Made by a program: the position numbers and the translations under genes. A model generated the notes under the pieces. That model was not told the origin of the DNA. It was given only the letters and a program-made list of their open reading frames with translations, and did no database searches. Positions 31,770-43,656 of a stretch of 64,000 bases of DNA are shown here, piece by piece. Within the stretch, counting starts at the first letter, position 1. Every line of letters starts with the position of its first letter. The stretch is from Mayamaea pseudoterrestris (taxonomy: Eukaryota), in the NCBI GenBank assembly GCA_027923505.1, contig BROI01000010.1, forward strand, positions 744,001-808,000, in the 5' to 3' direction.

Positions 31770-33470
31770 ATGTGGTGGCGGAAAGAAGACACGACCCAGA
31801 CTTCCGAATCCGCAGCTGCGGTTCCTGGCAGCAGTTCGAAACGATCAGCCGTTTCCATGCTGTTGAGCAACAGTCGGTCCGCTCAAATGCGCAAGCAACT
31901 TATTCAGAAGCCAAACGCTGCTGTTGCTGCATTAACTACCGATACGCAAGCGGAGGAACCTGTCATGCATGTTTCTGAGACTGGTTCTGGCATTGAAGTC
32001 TCCTTTTCAGACGATCTCATTTCGTTACCCGAGCAATTGGCTGATGCGACCTCGCCGGCGAAACAAAACCCTGACAAGCGGAACAAAATAGTAGCAGCAG
32101 GTATAGTGAATCCAGGCCGTGGACGACAGCAGAGACTAGAGCAGGAGGGTGTAGTGTCGCTTCAAAGTCAATTATGGCATTGTCAAGCGGTTCATCAGGC
32201 GCAATTCAGCTATTCAACGCCGACAACCACAACAACGACAACTGCATCTATCAATACTGCGTATACGGGTATAGCATCATTACGAACAGAAGCAAATATG
32301 GAACATGTCCCTGATTATTTTACGTCGCGAGAGCATCGGGTTGGCTTGTTTGGAAGCGAGACTCAGCAATCGTCGTTCAAATTTGATGATGTGCTGTTCT
32401 TGCTGCGATCACATGAAATAATTGATGAAGCTACCTGTGTAGACGAGGAGCTGTCCCGGCTTGCCTCTGAGATTGATGCATTGCTGCAGGATCGAGCGGA
32501 TCTTCAAGCCAAGACCAGGGCGCTGCGTTTGGTGGGCGTTCATGATGAGGATGCAGATGCACAGATGCAGCAACCAACTACACCAGCGACCCCCACCTTG
32601 TTCGACGTGTACCGACTATTGGCGCACAGTTCAAGCAACCTCTCCCACACGGAGCGGACGCGTCTTCAGACACTGCGTGGGCTCCATCTGACTTTGTCGC
32701 TTCATAACCAACTAGCCCGTGATGCTTTTCTCTCCAAGTGCGGCGCTACGAGTTCAGTCTTTAAGCAGAATAAGAAGAAGTATCAAAACATTGTGGAGAT
32801 TTCACCAGACAATTGTCGCGACGGAGGAGCCGGAGCAACTATTCAGCACGTATCTTTGTTAAAATCATCCTTGACTGACGTAGCTTCCTTTTTTGTGAGC
32901 AAGGACAAGGGCAAAGCTTTTAGTTTCGGACACTTGCCGGAAAAGCTTTTTGACCGCTTAAAAAAGGCTGGTCATGATCCGAGCGACATCTTATACCTGG
33001 CGACTGGTCCGCTGGGAACCTACTATGCCGAATACAGAAGTGGCGAAAGCTGGTGGGGTTCACTAAGCGAGGATGAGCAATTTCATGCCATATGCAGCAA
33101 TCCAGCCTGGAATATCCATCGTGTTGCGTTTGGACCACTTTTCGCAATATACGACAAGATGGGCGGTAAGCGCTATTTCACATCGTGGATTATACTTGGC
33201 CGCGATGGCCGCGCTGCCTGGAGAAATATTCCAACGAGACTGCAACATCTTTTGGAGCATCGACTAGCGAATGCCCCTGCGTGCTGCGAAGTGACCCTGG
33301 GGTGCGGTGGAGCATACTTTGTTCGGTTCTTGGATGGAAAGACTGACTACTGCTTACCAGCTGCCGCTGCAGGGGCATGTCGTACGTTGGAGATGCGAGG
33401 GGCATCCATCATGTCTATAACGCTGCATCCGGAGCTCGCCCATGACTTTGTCATTAGGAGTAATGGCTAA
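31770..33470 (+). CDS. Hypothetical protein: coiled coil plus C-terminal repeated beta-rich modules
   Basis: 566-aa ORF with a repeated h.hG..G.Yhh....G...W..hP..L-like pattern in the C-terminal third. Confidence 0.7.
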   Translation: MWWRKEDTTQTSESAAAVPGSSSKRSAVSMLLSNSRSAQMRKQLIQKPNAAVAALTTDTQAEEPVMHVSETGSGIEVSFSDDLISLPEQLADATSPAKQNPDKRNKIVAAGIVNPGRGRQQRLEQEGVVSLQSQLWHCQAVHQAQFSYSTPTTTTTTTASINTAYTGIASLRTEANMEHVPDYFTSREHRVGLFGSETQQSSFKFDDVLFLLRSHEIIDEATCVDEELSRLASEIDALLQDRADLQAKTRALRLVGVHDEDADAQMQQPTTPATPTLFDVYRLLAHSSSNLSHTERTRLQTLRGLHLTLSLHNQLARDAFLSKCGATSSVFKQNKKKYQNIVEISPDNCRDGGAGATIQHVSLLKSSLTDVASFFVSKDKGKAFSFGHLPEKLFDRLKKAGHDPSDILYLATGPLGTYYAEYRSGESWWGSLSEDEQFHAICSNPAWNIHRVAFGPLFAIYDKMGGKRYFTSWIILGRDGRAAWRNIPTRLQHLLEHRLANAPACCEVTLGCGGAYFVRFLDGKTDYCLPAAAAGACRTLEMRGASIMSITLHPELAHDFVIRSNG

Positions 33471-33539
33471 GAGGCTTTGTAATTAATGCTACGAGTAATT
33501 TAAAACATCCTGTGTTACTGTAAAGAATGAATTTGACAA

Positions 33540-35702
33540 TTATTTGTTGTGCTTTGCCTTTAGGCTTTGGACAATCGCACTCAGGGCCTTGGCCCCAGAA
33601 GCATGCTTTACCAATTCGCAGGCAACATCAGGCGCCGCAGATTTTGACACAGACGGACGCCCCCGTTGCTTCTTGCGACGGCGAGATTGCTCCTTCAAGA
33701 TCTTCAGCATGCCTGCCGTCTTTTTAAAGTTGCTGTCTGTCTGATCAATTCCAAACTTATCATCCGCTCCATCTAAGACAGCCTGGAACCGACTATCACT
33801 AACATCAACGTCGAAAGCGGTGCCTACAACAGCATCGGCGCGTTCCATCTCCTTCCGTTTGCGAGACCCTTTTAAAGTTTTTCCTGCGTTCTTTTCTAGG
33901 CGCTGCAGCTCACGCATACTGAAGTCCGTTTGCGAGTCGTCGTTTTCCTCGCCTGCAACGAGCAACTCGAGAGCCGCTCGGTTATTCTCCGCGCCACTTT
34001 CTCGGCCATTATCATCACTGGCGCTGCCATCCGACGTCACGACGGTTCGTTTACCTCTTGATGTCAGCCGGCGCTCCTGGCGCTTCTTCTTCCTCTTCTC
34101 CTTATATTTCTCCCAAGGTGTCAGCTCTCCAGACACTTTTGAAGCAGCCAACTTCTCGTGTATCATCTCGGTCAAATCCCCTTTCGTAGTACCAGGAATA
34201 AACTTGACTTCCTTCTCGTATTGCACCGATTCGTGAAAACCTCCATCGTCATTTTTAGTTAAACCATAGTTTTCTCTTACACTGCAATCATTCGGATCCT
34301 CCAAATCGTCGCTGTCGCTATCCAGTCCAAGATTTTTGCGCAGTTGCATAGCCTTGTCACCATCTTCCTCCTCGTCACTAGATGCATCTGATGCCAAGTA
34401 GGCTTTTAAGTCTTCACTCTCGGCAATGGCACGCCAATGTTCGCCCGAGTTATACTTTGTTAAGGTTCGCTCACGATCTGGATCAGGCAAATCCCAGGTG
34501 CAAGTAACATTCGTCTGCTGTAGAGCCGCAACAATAAAGTCTGGAGGCGAATAATTGCTTGGAAGAGACGACGCTTCGTCTCGTAATAGACGGTCTGTAA
34601 TGATAGATTCCAAGTCAACTTCCGGAATTGCTCGTAGGTCAATTTCAGCCGATGAATGCTCAAACTCCATCCCATCGACTTCGCGATACGCCTTCTCGGC
34701 TGACTCGACGCTCGCAAATTCAGCAATCGCAAAGTAATATCGCAGTTTAGATGCCTCATAATTCCGAAGCTTCTCTCGGTCAAAATCAGACTCGACCTTT
34801 GCGGCCGCCGTAGGCCGAATGTCGTCGTATCCGTCGCTGCTTAAATCATCGTCGTCAGCAGCAGATTCGATCTCGTACCCAGCCCCTTCGTTCTCATTTT
34901 CTTCACTGGCTGCAGAAGTACTATTTTTCCAAACACCGGAAGGTCCAAATCGCTCCAGATCGGCAAGCTTCTCTTGACCAAAATCTGATACAAAAACGCT
35001 CACTTGACGTACACTGCCAGCTGGACAAAACGAGGAAAGGAGCGCGTATATATCGAGGGCGCGAACACTAGTCCAGTCCATATTTGTAACCGCAAGATAT
35101 CTCGTCGATTCCTCCGTGATTTCAATCTCCTGCTCATCATCGTTGCTCCTATCGAATACGCCGCCAGCATCCGCTTCGATCTGATCGGAGCCGCCATTAG
35201 AGCCATCATCGTCGCTCGAGGACGAGTCTGAATCTCCCGAGCTGTCATCATCGGACGATGACGACGATACATCAAGTTGTCCACGTGAAAGCGCCTTCAA
35301 ATATGCAATGCGGGAGGCAGATCCAGGCTTATCATCGTCGTCGGTCGATGCATCGTCTTCATTCTGATTTCGGCTGTATTTCTTGACTGTTTGTGTTTTC
35401 CTGTCTCTTAGATTGTCAAGATTATCTTGATCCACAACGGTATAAAAAGCACTGAGTTCTTCCTTTGCAGAATTGTTCTTTTTGTTCGCTTTGCGCCCAT
35501 ACTTGTCTTGGACCTGCAACTGGAAGCGGTCGTCCGTCAGCACCGAGGCGAAGCGCTCATCGAGAACCACCTTTGAGGATGCCTTGGCGGGAGCTCGAAA
35601 TTGCGGACCGGACGTGTCAAACCGTTTACTATCGACACTACTGGAGTCTTCATTATTGTCATTGCTGGACGGCGGCTTTGTTGTATTGGGTCGTTGCGCC
35701 AT
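33540..35702 (-). CDS. ESF1: Pre-rRNA-processing protein ESF1
   Basis: LDERFASV...DKYGR, TRYLAVTNMDW..VRA.D, LRNYEASKLRYYFAI, NUC153-like DSRFQAV...FGID.T.SNFKKT. Confidence 0.93.
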   Translation of the reverse strand: MAQRPNTTKPPSSNDNNEDSSSVDSKRFDTSGPQFRAPAKASSKVVLDERFASVLTDDRFQLQVQDKYGRKANKKNNSAKEELSAFYTVVDQDNLDNLRDRKTQTVKKYSRNQNEDDASTDDDDKPGSASRIAYLKALSRGQLDVSSSSSDDDSSGDSDSSSSDDDGSNGGSDQIEADAGGVFDRSNDDEQEIEITEESTRYLAVTNMDWTSVRALDIYALLSSFCPAGSVRQVSVFVSDFGQEKLADLERFGPSGVWKNSTSAASEENENEGAGYEIESAADDDDLSSDGYDDIRPTAAAKVESDFDREKLRNYEASKLRYYFAIAEFASVESAEKAYREVDGMEFEHSSAEIDLRAIPEVDLESIITDRLLRDEASSLPSNYSPPDFIVAALQQTNVTCTWDLPDPDRERTLTKYNSGEHWRAIAESEDLKAYLASDASSDEEEDGDKAMQLRKNLGLDSDSDDLEDPNDCSVRENYGLTKNDDGGFHESVQYEKEVKFIPGTTKGDLTEMIHEKLAASKVSGELTPWEKYKEKRKKKRQERRLTSRGKRTVVTSDGSASDDNGRESGAENNRAALELLVAGEENDDSQTDFSMRELQRLEKNAGKTLKGSRKRKEMERADAVVGTAFDVDVSDSRFQAVLDGADDKFGIDQTDSNFKKTAGMLKILKEQSRRRKKQRGRPSVSKSAAPDVACELVKHASGAKALSAIVQSLKAKHNK

Positions 35703-35998
35703 AGTCGAGCTGTTGCGCCTATTGTATGGAAAGAAAATGTGAGCAATTCCGGTGGCTGCAATCGTGTCGCGGTGAGACAGCTATGTACTGTGCATCCGAC
35801 TACAGTACGGTATAGTTTACTCATCAGCAATGTACAAGTACACCGGTAGACTTGCAAAAGTAAGTCATTGCGAAGCACAATCCTTCCTCCACCGGCATTG
35901 TAAATTCGTTGAGACTCTCTCTACGTTGCTATCGCCAAGCAAGAAAACATTCGACAAGTATAAACGGCCGCAACGTATTGACTACATCGAAAGTCAAT

Positions 35999-37117
35999 TT
36001 ACCCAAGGGCTTCATCGCATCTTCCAGCTACCAAACCCATGGGAGAGTGGTCACCGACTGAGCAGAAATTCTTTCCAAACGTTGATGTTGGTAGACTGGC
36101 TACAACGATGCAGTAGTGCCGCATGATGAGCATCCACTCCTCCACCTCATCCAAAAACTCGCATCGATTCGCGTGCTGCCGCTGTGTTGGCGTCAAGACC
36201 GTCTCAAAGGCGACCCACATGTCGCAACCTGCCGCGCAAGAAATGCCACTCTGAACAAGGTTGTCAATGTGTTGACTCAAAGTTCTAGTTTGCACCAATG
36301 TGGATGCGTCACTGACGACGCCAGCTCGCGTAAGATTCGTCTCCATGACTTGTCCAAATTGATCCGTCCCAAGTATTGGTTCATACAAGAAGATGCATGC
36401 GTCAGTGCAGACCGTCGCGATTTCTTCGAGCAGTCGACGGGTTGCCACTTCGGGCAGGTACATCAAGCAGCATTCCAGAATGACTAGCGTCGGTGCCGAT
36501 GCGTCAAAGCTACACGCCGTCAAACCGGCAATCAGTGTACCGATATCGCCTCGTAAATCATGTGCAACTAGATGATATCGGCCCTTCCATGGAACTTCCT
36601 CTCCTTCCTCACTGTCAATGAAGTCCATGGTGACGCCACCTTGATTGTTTGTGTGCGCAGCTAGTGTTCGAAAGAGTCGTTCTGACCGTTTGATCGTCTC
36701 CAACTTGGCCGAGATGACAGCTTGATAGTCAACATCAAACCAGTGACAGTCTCTCTGCGTTAACACTCCGCTAATGAGTCCGGCTTGCAGGCGAAAAAAC
36801 GTTGTATCGTTTCCAGCGCCAAGCACTACCACTTGCGGCGGCTTGGTCGTTTCATGCTTGCTAAAAAGGTTTAAGAAACTGACAAGCGCACGTTCAACAC
36901 ATGCAACCCGAGCAAAGCTTCCTCGCTTGATAATGGGCTGGACAGTTGGTGGAGCATCATGGTTGTTGTTGCGATTGGATGCTGCTGCGAAAGCTGCCAC
37001 GAATGGATCCTTGTAGTAGCCAGCCTTGACAGCAGCGGCCTTGGCGCGAACAGCATCATGCGCCGTCGACTGGATCCTACTGTCCATGCTTATACTACTA
37101 CGTGTTTCACTTGTCAT
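35999..37117 (-). CDS. LCMT1: Leucine carboxyl methyltransferase (LCMT1/PPM1-like)
   Basis: K..AV..GYYKDPF, PIIKRGSFARV, QVVVLGAGNDT, PTLVILECCLMYL, FLDEVEEWMLIMRHYC. Confidence 0.92.
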   Translation of the reverse strand: MTSETRSSISMDSRIQSTAHDAVRAKAAAVKAGYYKDPFVAAFAAASNRNNNHDAPPTVQPIIKRGSFARVACVERALVSFLNLFSKHETTKPPQVVVLGAGNDTTFFRLQAGLISGVLTQRDCHWFDVDYQAVISAKLETIKRSERLFRTLAAHTNNQGGVTMDFIDSEEGEEVPWKGRYHLVAHDLRGDIGTLIAGLTACSFDASAPTLVILECCLMYLPEVATRRLLEEIATVCTDACIFLYEPILGTDQFGQVMETNLTRAGVVSDASTLVQTRTLSQHIDNLVQSGISCAAGCDMWVAFETVLTPTQRQHANRCEFLDEVEEWMLIMRHYCIVVASLPTSTFGKNFCSVGDHSPMGLVAGRCDEALG

Positions 37118-37496
37118 AGTATCGAGGTATATGTGAAACTTGGATGGTTAGATGAGGTGTTGATATATGGAATCGGATTCGAATGATGGCGCGCCACATT
37201 TCTTTTACCTGGTACCGGTGCGATGTGCCGGTAAGACATCGCAAAGTGCCTACGGTAGTAGTGCAGTTCAAGTACAAGTACTGCACCTTACATCGACCAA
37301 TACTACTCAACACCGTGCTTGTACATAGTAGCATTGATGTACCGGTAGCTAATTCGACGCAGCACTGGATAGCTCTGACCAAAAGCCATCAAGGGAAGCT
37401 ACAAATCGTTTTCGCAAAAAGTATCTTATCAGTGGAGTGGCCGAAATGATTTCTGCTTATATTCATACATATAAAAACATGTTACACATTCTGGTG

Positions 37497-39044
37497 TTAA
37501 GCTACCGATAGTCGCTCAATCATAAAAAGCTCCTGGCCGCTTGATATTCCCGTCTCGATTAAGGTTTGACCTGCATTCTCTGCAGACAACGACAAGACTC
37601 TCCTAGGATACCGTGTCACCAACTGGAAGCAAGGTTCATTTGTAATGGTGCATGCAAATGCAAATAAATCAGATAATGTGGATGTCGTCAGGTCGAAACG
37701 CCGTCGTCCATTAATGCCTTCAGCTCCTCGAATTTGAACATGACAAACATTTGCAGCATCCGCAGGTGGTTCCGGTAACAACTGCACGTTGTAATCATTA
37801 TGAGCGGTACCATACGCGATAGTCGCAGCAGATTGTGCATTGTCATGTCGACTCGCGTCATTCAATGTTCTGCCCCCTGCTCCTGCCCCAGCCGCAGCAT
37901 CCGCAGACAATCCACCCCGCTGCTCATCGTTCGTATCATCGCTGTTGCTACTGCTACCAGTAGAACCAAATTCAACTTCCAAGTCCGTGTTAAGCGAAAG
38001 CACTGCCCGATATGTCGATGGCCGTACCGCCGAGACATTTAGCTCGAACTTTAATCCTCGATGCCAGCCTGCAACGGTGTCGCCAACAGTCAGCGTCGCG
38101 CGCGTCCGCACTAGCGACTGCTCCAAGACGAGCTTTACATCGTCTAAATGATAGAATCCGTTTCGAATGGCTTTGTGTGTTGGAACCAACATGACGCCCC
38201 GTCCCTTGGGAAGTTTAACAAGTGTAATCTCAATGGGCATGTTCGGCAAGTCAAATGCTCCCCACGCGAGGTGACCAGGAGTCTTTTCGTCCCCGTCAAT
38301 AGCATCCTCCAAGCCAGTATCTATCAATTGTTGCTGTACTTCTGCCTTGTCGAGAGTGGCAGCGGCCGAGTCGACGGTTCGAAACGTTGGAATGGAGGGA
38401 CGATTTTGTCGTTGTTCTTGTTGTTGCGTGTGATTAGCCATTTTGAGTAGCGCAATAGCAATTGGCTCCGGTAAACCCACGCGGCCTTCCTCCTGTGTGA
38501 ATTCAACCACTGTTGCATGCGTGTAAGCCAAATACTTGTAGTCCAGTTCATCCAAGAATGCAAATGCTGCTTCGCTCATCTCATCGTCGTCCGAATCGTC
38601 ATCAAGATGACCATCATCATCGAGCATTTTCAAAGCCTTCATAGCTGGTGACGCCGGAAAAGTGTAGTTTGGATCGCAAATGCCGACGCGGAAGGTCCAA
38701 GGCGTAGAATCGGATGACGACGCAGATGATGAATTATCAGCCATTGTCAGCTGCTCCAAAACGCTGGGCGGCATGGCAATCTTGTCTCCGTGCCCGTAAA
38801 TTGATGTTGGAGTCAACGAACTCAAGTACCTGGAACCCAATTTCATCTCGTTCCGTAAAACGTATTTACGCATATACTCAGCTTGCCGCTTGTCTTGCTC
38901 GCGTTGAGCAGTCATGGCGGTTTGCTGATTTCGACGACTTTCGGCCTCGCGCTTTGCTTGGGCTGACAATTCAACTGGACGCCGACTGCGATTTTGATTG
39001 CTCTGATCGCGTGCGAGACGCTTGGCGGCAATGGTAAAGTCCAT
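37497..39044 (-). CDS. UFD1-domain protein with C-terminal UBX domain
   Basis: GDKIAMPPSVLEQL, THATVVEFTQEEG.VGLP, LPKG..V.L.P, LNTDLEVEF (UFD1). C-terminal QIRG...RRF...FQLVTRYPRR (UBX). Confidence 0.88.
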   Translation of the reverse strand: MDFTIAAKRLARDQSNQNRSRRPVELSAQAKREAESRRNQQTAMTAQREQDKRQAEYMRKYVLRNEMKLGSRYLSSLTPTSIYGHGDKIAMPPSVLEQLTMADNSSSASSSDSTPWTFRVGICDPNYTFPASPAMKALKMLDDDGHLDDDSDDDEMSEAAFAFLDELDYKYLAYTHATVVEFTQEEGRVGLPEPIAIALLKMANHTQQQEQRQNRPSIPTFRTVDSAAATLDKAEVQQQLIDTGLEDAIDGDEKTPGHLAWGAFDLPNMPIEITLVKLPKGRGVMLVPTHKAIRNGFYHLDDVKLVLEQSLVRTRATLTVGDTVAGWHRGLKFELNVSAVRPSTYRAVLSLNTDLEVEFGSTGSSSNSDDTNDEQRGGLSADAAAGAGAGGRTLNDASRHDNAQSAATIAYGTAHNDYNVQLLPEPPADAANVCHVQIRGAEGINGRRRFDLTTSTLSDLFAFACTITNEPCFQLVTRYPRRVLSLSAENAGQTLIETGISSGQELFMIERLSVA

Positions 39045-39367
39045 GTTAAAAAAGGTGTAGTGTGAAATCGAATCACTTTATGAGAAAACAGGAGCAACCT
39101 TGCTTGTTCGATGGCATTCGACCGACGCCGCGACGTGCGGCTTAACCGGTGTGACGCCCGAACCCGGCTCAGTCAAAGATATCAATGGCGTCATCATCCT
39201 TTGTCGCGGACCCATTAAAAACAGCTACAAGTACAAGCACTCGTAACATCATGCAGACACAGGAGGTTACCATGGAATCAGCTTCCGTTACATTACACAT
39301 GTATGTATCGTATTAGATGCACTTCAGTTCTTCCCAAACTTGAAGTTAAAGCCAAAAGTATGCAAAA

Positions 39368-39449
39368 CGACATGAGCAGGATTCGAACCTACGAGGGAAA
39401 ATCCCAACAGATTTCGAGTCTGTCGCCTTAACCGCTCGGCCACCATGTC
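39368..39449 (-). tRNA. tRNA-Ser(CGA)
   Basis: Reverse complement GACATGG-TGGCCGAGCGGTTAAGGCG; anticodon arm ACAGA-CTCGAAA-TCTGT; long variable arm; GTAGG-TTCGAAT-CCTGC; TCATGTCG. Confidence 0.95.
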
Positions 39450-40016
39450 GTGAAACAAATGCCAAGCTATTAGCTATAAGAATCCACCAGGGAATTAATA
39501 ACGCGAGTGACTCGGGGTAGCCGAGAATGATTGCCGGCCTTCAAGGTGGTACAACATGTTCATCGGACTGTTCCAAAAGCACTGATGACGGCGCTGCGGG
39601 AGCGACTATAGCGCCGCATATGCTGCTGTGTTGATAGCTAACTTAGTTTATGCTTGGCTTGCGAGACTTTACAGTTATTGCATTTTGTAACTTGGAACGA
39701 GTAGTAGACTGCGGGCAGGAAATATTGCACAGGACATTGGCTATCATATTTATATTAGCCATATGATTCATGGCCTGGATGATACATGTGCTATTACTGT
39801 ACCAAAAAACCTCGTCACTTGCAGCTGTCGCAAAAGTAGTCGCACCGGTTCTAACTTCGCGTGGTTTCGGATGTTGCGTGGATCTCACTTCCACACGCGC
39901 CGACCTGCATGTACCTTCTTCCTTTCTCGAGGTACAAGTAGCTCGACTCGCTAGCCATCTATCCTCTCTTGCCTGCAGCTGTCAACTATACTGCTCAAGA
40001 TCTCTGTGATCTGATC

Positions 40017-41950
40017 ATGTCATCCAACAGATTCCTGGCTCCCACCATGGCCGGCCAGTCCAGCCGAAACTTTTCGCTTGCCAATACTGGACGACGGGTC
40101 TCCAGCTGGGAGCTGAAAGGAAACGAGTTCGCGTCGCGCGTCAATGATCAAAAGACACCAAGTGCTCTGCAGGGACGACTCGAAGAGAATTTGGTGTTTG
40201 AGCTCGACGAATTCGGGTGAGTACTGCTGTAATCTGTGATTCCTATAGCTCCTGAAGAAGAATGTGTGACGCTATTGTTCTTGACCCTCTGCGTGTCCTG
40301 ATTGATTCACCTTTTTACTGTGTGCACCTACAGACAGACGCAGTATCATCATATGAGCGTTAGGGCCCTTTACAAGTATGTCTTGGCGGCAATCACCAAA
40401 CCCCTTCATCCGCCAAAGGAGACTCAACTCCTGTCGCTACGTGTCAGCGGCAGCGGCGGCGACGACAAGGACGCCAAAAACATGACTGCAACAAGTACAG
40501 TCTCAGTTGGCGAACAAGAGAAGCAAGTATCATTTGATCCATTTGCTGTTGACGATCGCAGAGCGGCTATTCTACAAGCCGAAGCCGCAGCGGCCGCTCG
40601 ATTGATTGAGCACGAGGGCGACATTTCATATCGCGAGCGGCTGGGTGGCTGGCTCCATCCACGCGACATGCGTCGGTTGGTGACTCCCTTCTCGGCTTCT
40701 AATGAGCCAGGCATTATTGTACGAAGACACGTCATGCTACTGAACTTTGATCCGCTGCGCGCCATTATTCTGCGCAACTGCCTGCTCGTATTGTAAGCTC
40801 ATCTTTGTATTTTGGTACGATCGTTGCTCCAGCGAGTCAAACACTCTAACGGTCACTTTTGTTCTACAGGGTGCCAGAAGGTGCGGACTCGATTCTGATT
40901 CAATTGGAGCGGCGAATTCGGGGTGGGTCCATGGAGGTGGAAAATTCCATCTTTGGCAGCGAGTGTGGTGATGGGTCAGGGGAGGATGAGCTCGCATCCG
41001 CCGAAGGATCATCGTCGTACAAGGCACTGCTAGAGAAGGAGAAGGATAAGAAACCCGGGGGTATGGACAATGTTGCGTCGAAAGGTAGCCCTCATGGTTC
41101 CTCGCGCTCCAGCAACTTGGACGAAAGCACACAAGGCAAAAAGACGACGAAACGTAATGGCTCGACGCGACATGACACTGATGCGGCCACGTCTGTTGCT
41201 GAGAGCGACACCAACTCGGAATGGGACGAGATGCAAGCCAACGATTGGACAGATTTGCCATTTGAGCTACAGGCCGCCGACTCTGTCCTCTACGTTGTAT
41301 GTTCTATTCTTTCTCAAGACGCCTATCAGCTACAGGAAGACACGCTTGGATATATTCACGAAATTTTGAATAGTCATTCGGGTCTACAGGACGATCCATT
41401 GAATAGCATTCGGCACATTAAGGATTCGGTTCGCGAGATGAGTTCGAGAATCAAAGGCTTTGTCCAGTCGATGAATAGAGTTTTGGATGATGATGAGGAC
41501 ATGGCGCTTATGAATTTGTCCAGACTGCGAACACACCCGCATCGCTTTCTCAAGCCAGTGACAAAGGAGATACTGGATGAGGAAGCAGATGAGCCTGAGT
41601 TGATAATGGAAGCGCATTTACAGATTGGTTTGACATTACAGAATGCTCTCGATCTGATTCAGGGACAAATCGACACTGCGTCCGAGCTTGTCGATCAAAA
41701 GCTTGATGCTTCCCGCAATCGCCTGCTATTTACGAACATGGTGTTGAACTTGCTGACCCTTTGTGTAACAATGGGCACTTTTATTGTCGGTGCGTTTGGG
41801 ATGAATCTGACTAATTTTTATGAAAACTCGCCCTTTGCATTTGGACAGATTGTGTGGGGCACAACAGGCGGAATGATGTTGTGTTTGGTGCTCATGCTTG
41901 GGGGCCTTGTTTGGTTGGGGATTGTGCCGCGAGCTATCTTTCACGTTTAG
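40017..41950 (+). CDS. CorA/MRS2-family Mg2+ transporter; 3 exons
   Basis: LHPRDMRRL, LPFELQ, LDDDEDMALMNL, LDASRNRLL, and GAFGMNL (GMN motif) followed by a second TM. Introns 40217-40333 and 40793-40869. Confidence 0.92.
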
Positions 41951-42089
41951 TGTAATGGCGTGTGAGCTTGGAAATGAGGGTATCAACTCAGGTAGTACGG
42001 CTGCATTTTCCAGATAAGATAACTGTATAAATGAAATACTATCGTAATGTGCCTAGGAGTCAGCAAGGCATATACAAGCCTTACAGGCA

Positions 42090-43508
42090 TCAACCCATGA
42101 AGCCCACCGTCAAACGACTCAGTTCGTTGGCTCCTTCCAATTTGACCGACGACGTGACGACGCGGTAATTCCGCCTCCGAACCAATTCACACGCGGCTTT
42201 TAACCTGAACAATTTCATAAGAAAGCAAGCGCCGGGCATGAGTCTTACGCGCCAAGGCCACTGTAATTCACTGCGTGACGTGTATTCCTATATCGCGCAT
42301 CGCACTTACAAAAAGTCGTTTCGCAGCTGGCATCGCTCCAACGCGAGTCCTTGACCAGCCCACAATGTGGCCGGCGCTTGAAGTTTCAGAACAAAAGCCG
42401 TTGAAGATGAATCTCGAGAGACGCTCCCATCCCATGCGAATCCGTTAATGACAAAGAGCTTGACCAGTTGGGTCAGCGCATCGAGAAGCTGGTCTGCGTA
42501 AAAATATTCAACGAGAGTTGAGACTCGTTAACCATAAAAATGTCTTGTTTTTCACTAGGTGATTTCTTACCTACATCGGCATCTCCTTTTATAGCATTGT
42601 TCCACTGTGGCAACGAAATAGGAGTATTTCCGTAGACTTCCTCGAAACGATCAATGATGCTGGCCCCGACGATTTGTGCATGTTTGCTCGCGAGCAAGTC
42701 GTTGGTAATAACCGGATTACGCTTGACAAGTTCATCAGAGAACTGTTGCAAACCATTCTCGTCGCCTCCTTGCGTTTGAATCGGTTGCTTCTCAATAAAG
42801 ACGGAAGGAGGATCCTTTGTGATTTCTCGGTTGATGGTTTGGTATTGTGCAAACGAAATGAAATCAAAGTAATATGGGTCGGTCAAGTCCCCTTGCTGGA
42901 CGATGCCTGGACCGAGTGCGTTGACATATGGTTCGTACTCGGCTGTGTAAAGAAGAGGGAATGGTGAGTTTAAGCGTCAGTCTTGCGTCTTGGATCTTGG
43001 ACACTGTGACAACTGCAATCGCTAATGGACGCCTTGCTCCGTAGATATTACAACAAGTACACGTACCTTGACGAATAAGAAAGAAATCACGTTGGAACTG
43101 ATCCATGGCGACACAATCTATTTCATCGAGGGCATTATAGCTTGATCGCATAAGTAAAACGGCAAAGTCTAGCTGTAGCTTGGGTCGTAGCGCCCGGATC
43201 GGCTTGGGGCGAGCTGCTCGCAATAACCTCGCGGACGCACTATGGGTTTCAGCTTGAGTGATTGGAGCAGCCGCTCGGGATGATTGAGTGAGTGACAAGA
43301 ATGGTGTCATAAATCCAACGTTTTGAATGAGTTTCCTTCGTGTAAAATGTATGGTAGAATCGTCAACCGATGAGTATGTTAAAAGTTCCTCTGTATGAGG
43401 TATAATTGCAAGTGAATGCACACTTGCACAAAGGATTGCCAAGATCAGTACTCTTTTCTTGCGCCGCATCCTTTTCCCCCATTGTTCTTTGAGCATGTTT
43501 GCTGCCAT
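42090..43508 (-). CDS. Multi-exon algal-type hypothetical protein, possibly thylakoid-lumen targeted
   Basis: Signal peptide, then TRRKL...SRA (Tat-like), then FAVLLMRSSYNALDEIDCVAMDQFQRDFFLIRQ and DLTDPYYFDFISFAQY. Final exon reads LKAACELVRR...GFMG* with stop at 42090-42092. Start and internal exon edges are approximate. Confidence 0.65.
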
Positions 43509-43656
43509 TACTCTTGTCCGACTTGTCCAATCTCCATGGTTTGGGTGGGGCGCGACGCAATGAAGATTTAGTCACGGTCCGACAAATTATTATTTTTGCG
43601 CCGGCACGGTTACATCATTATCATCCTACCGGTACTTACATTCGCTCTGGCGCACC

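Noticed and set aside
39580..39620. CTGATGA followed by a CGGCGCTG/TAGCGCCG hairpin
   Set aside because: No box D or SECIS 3' core; an isolated short hairpin is expected by chance.
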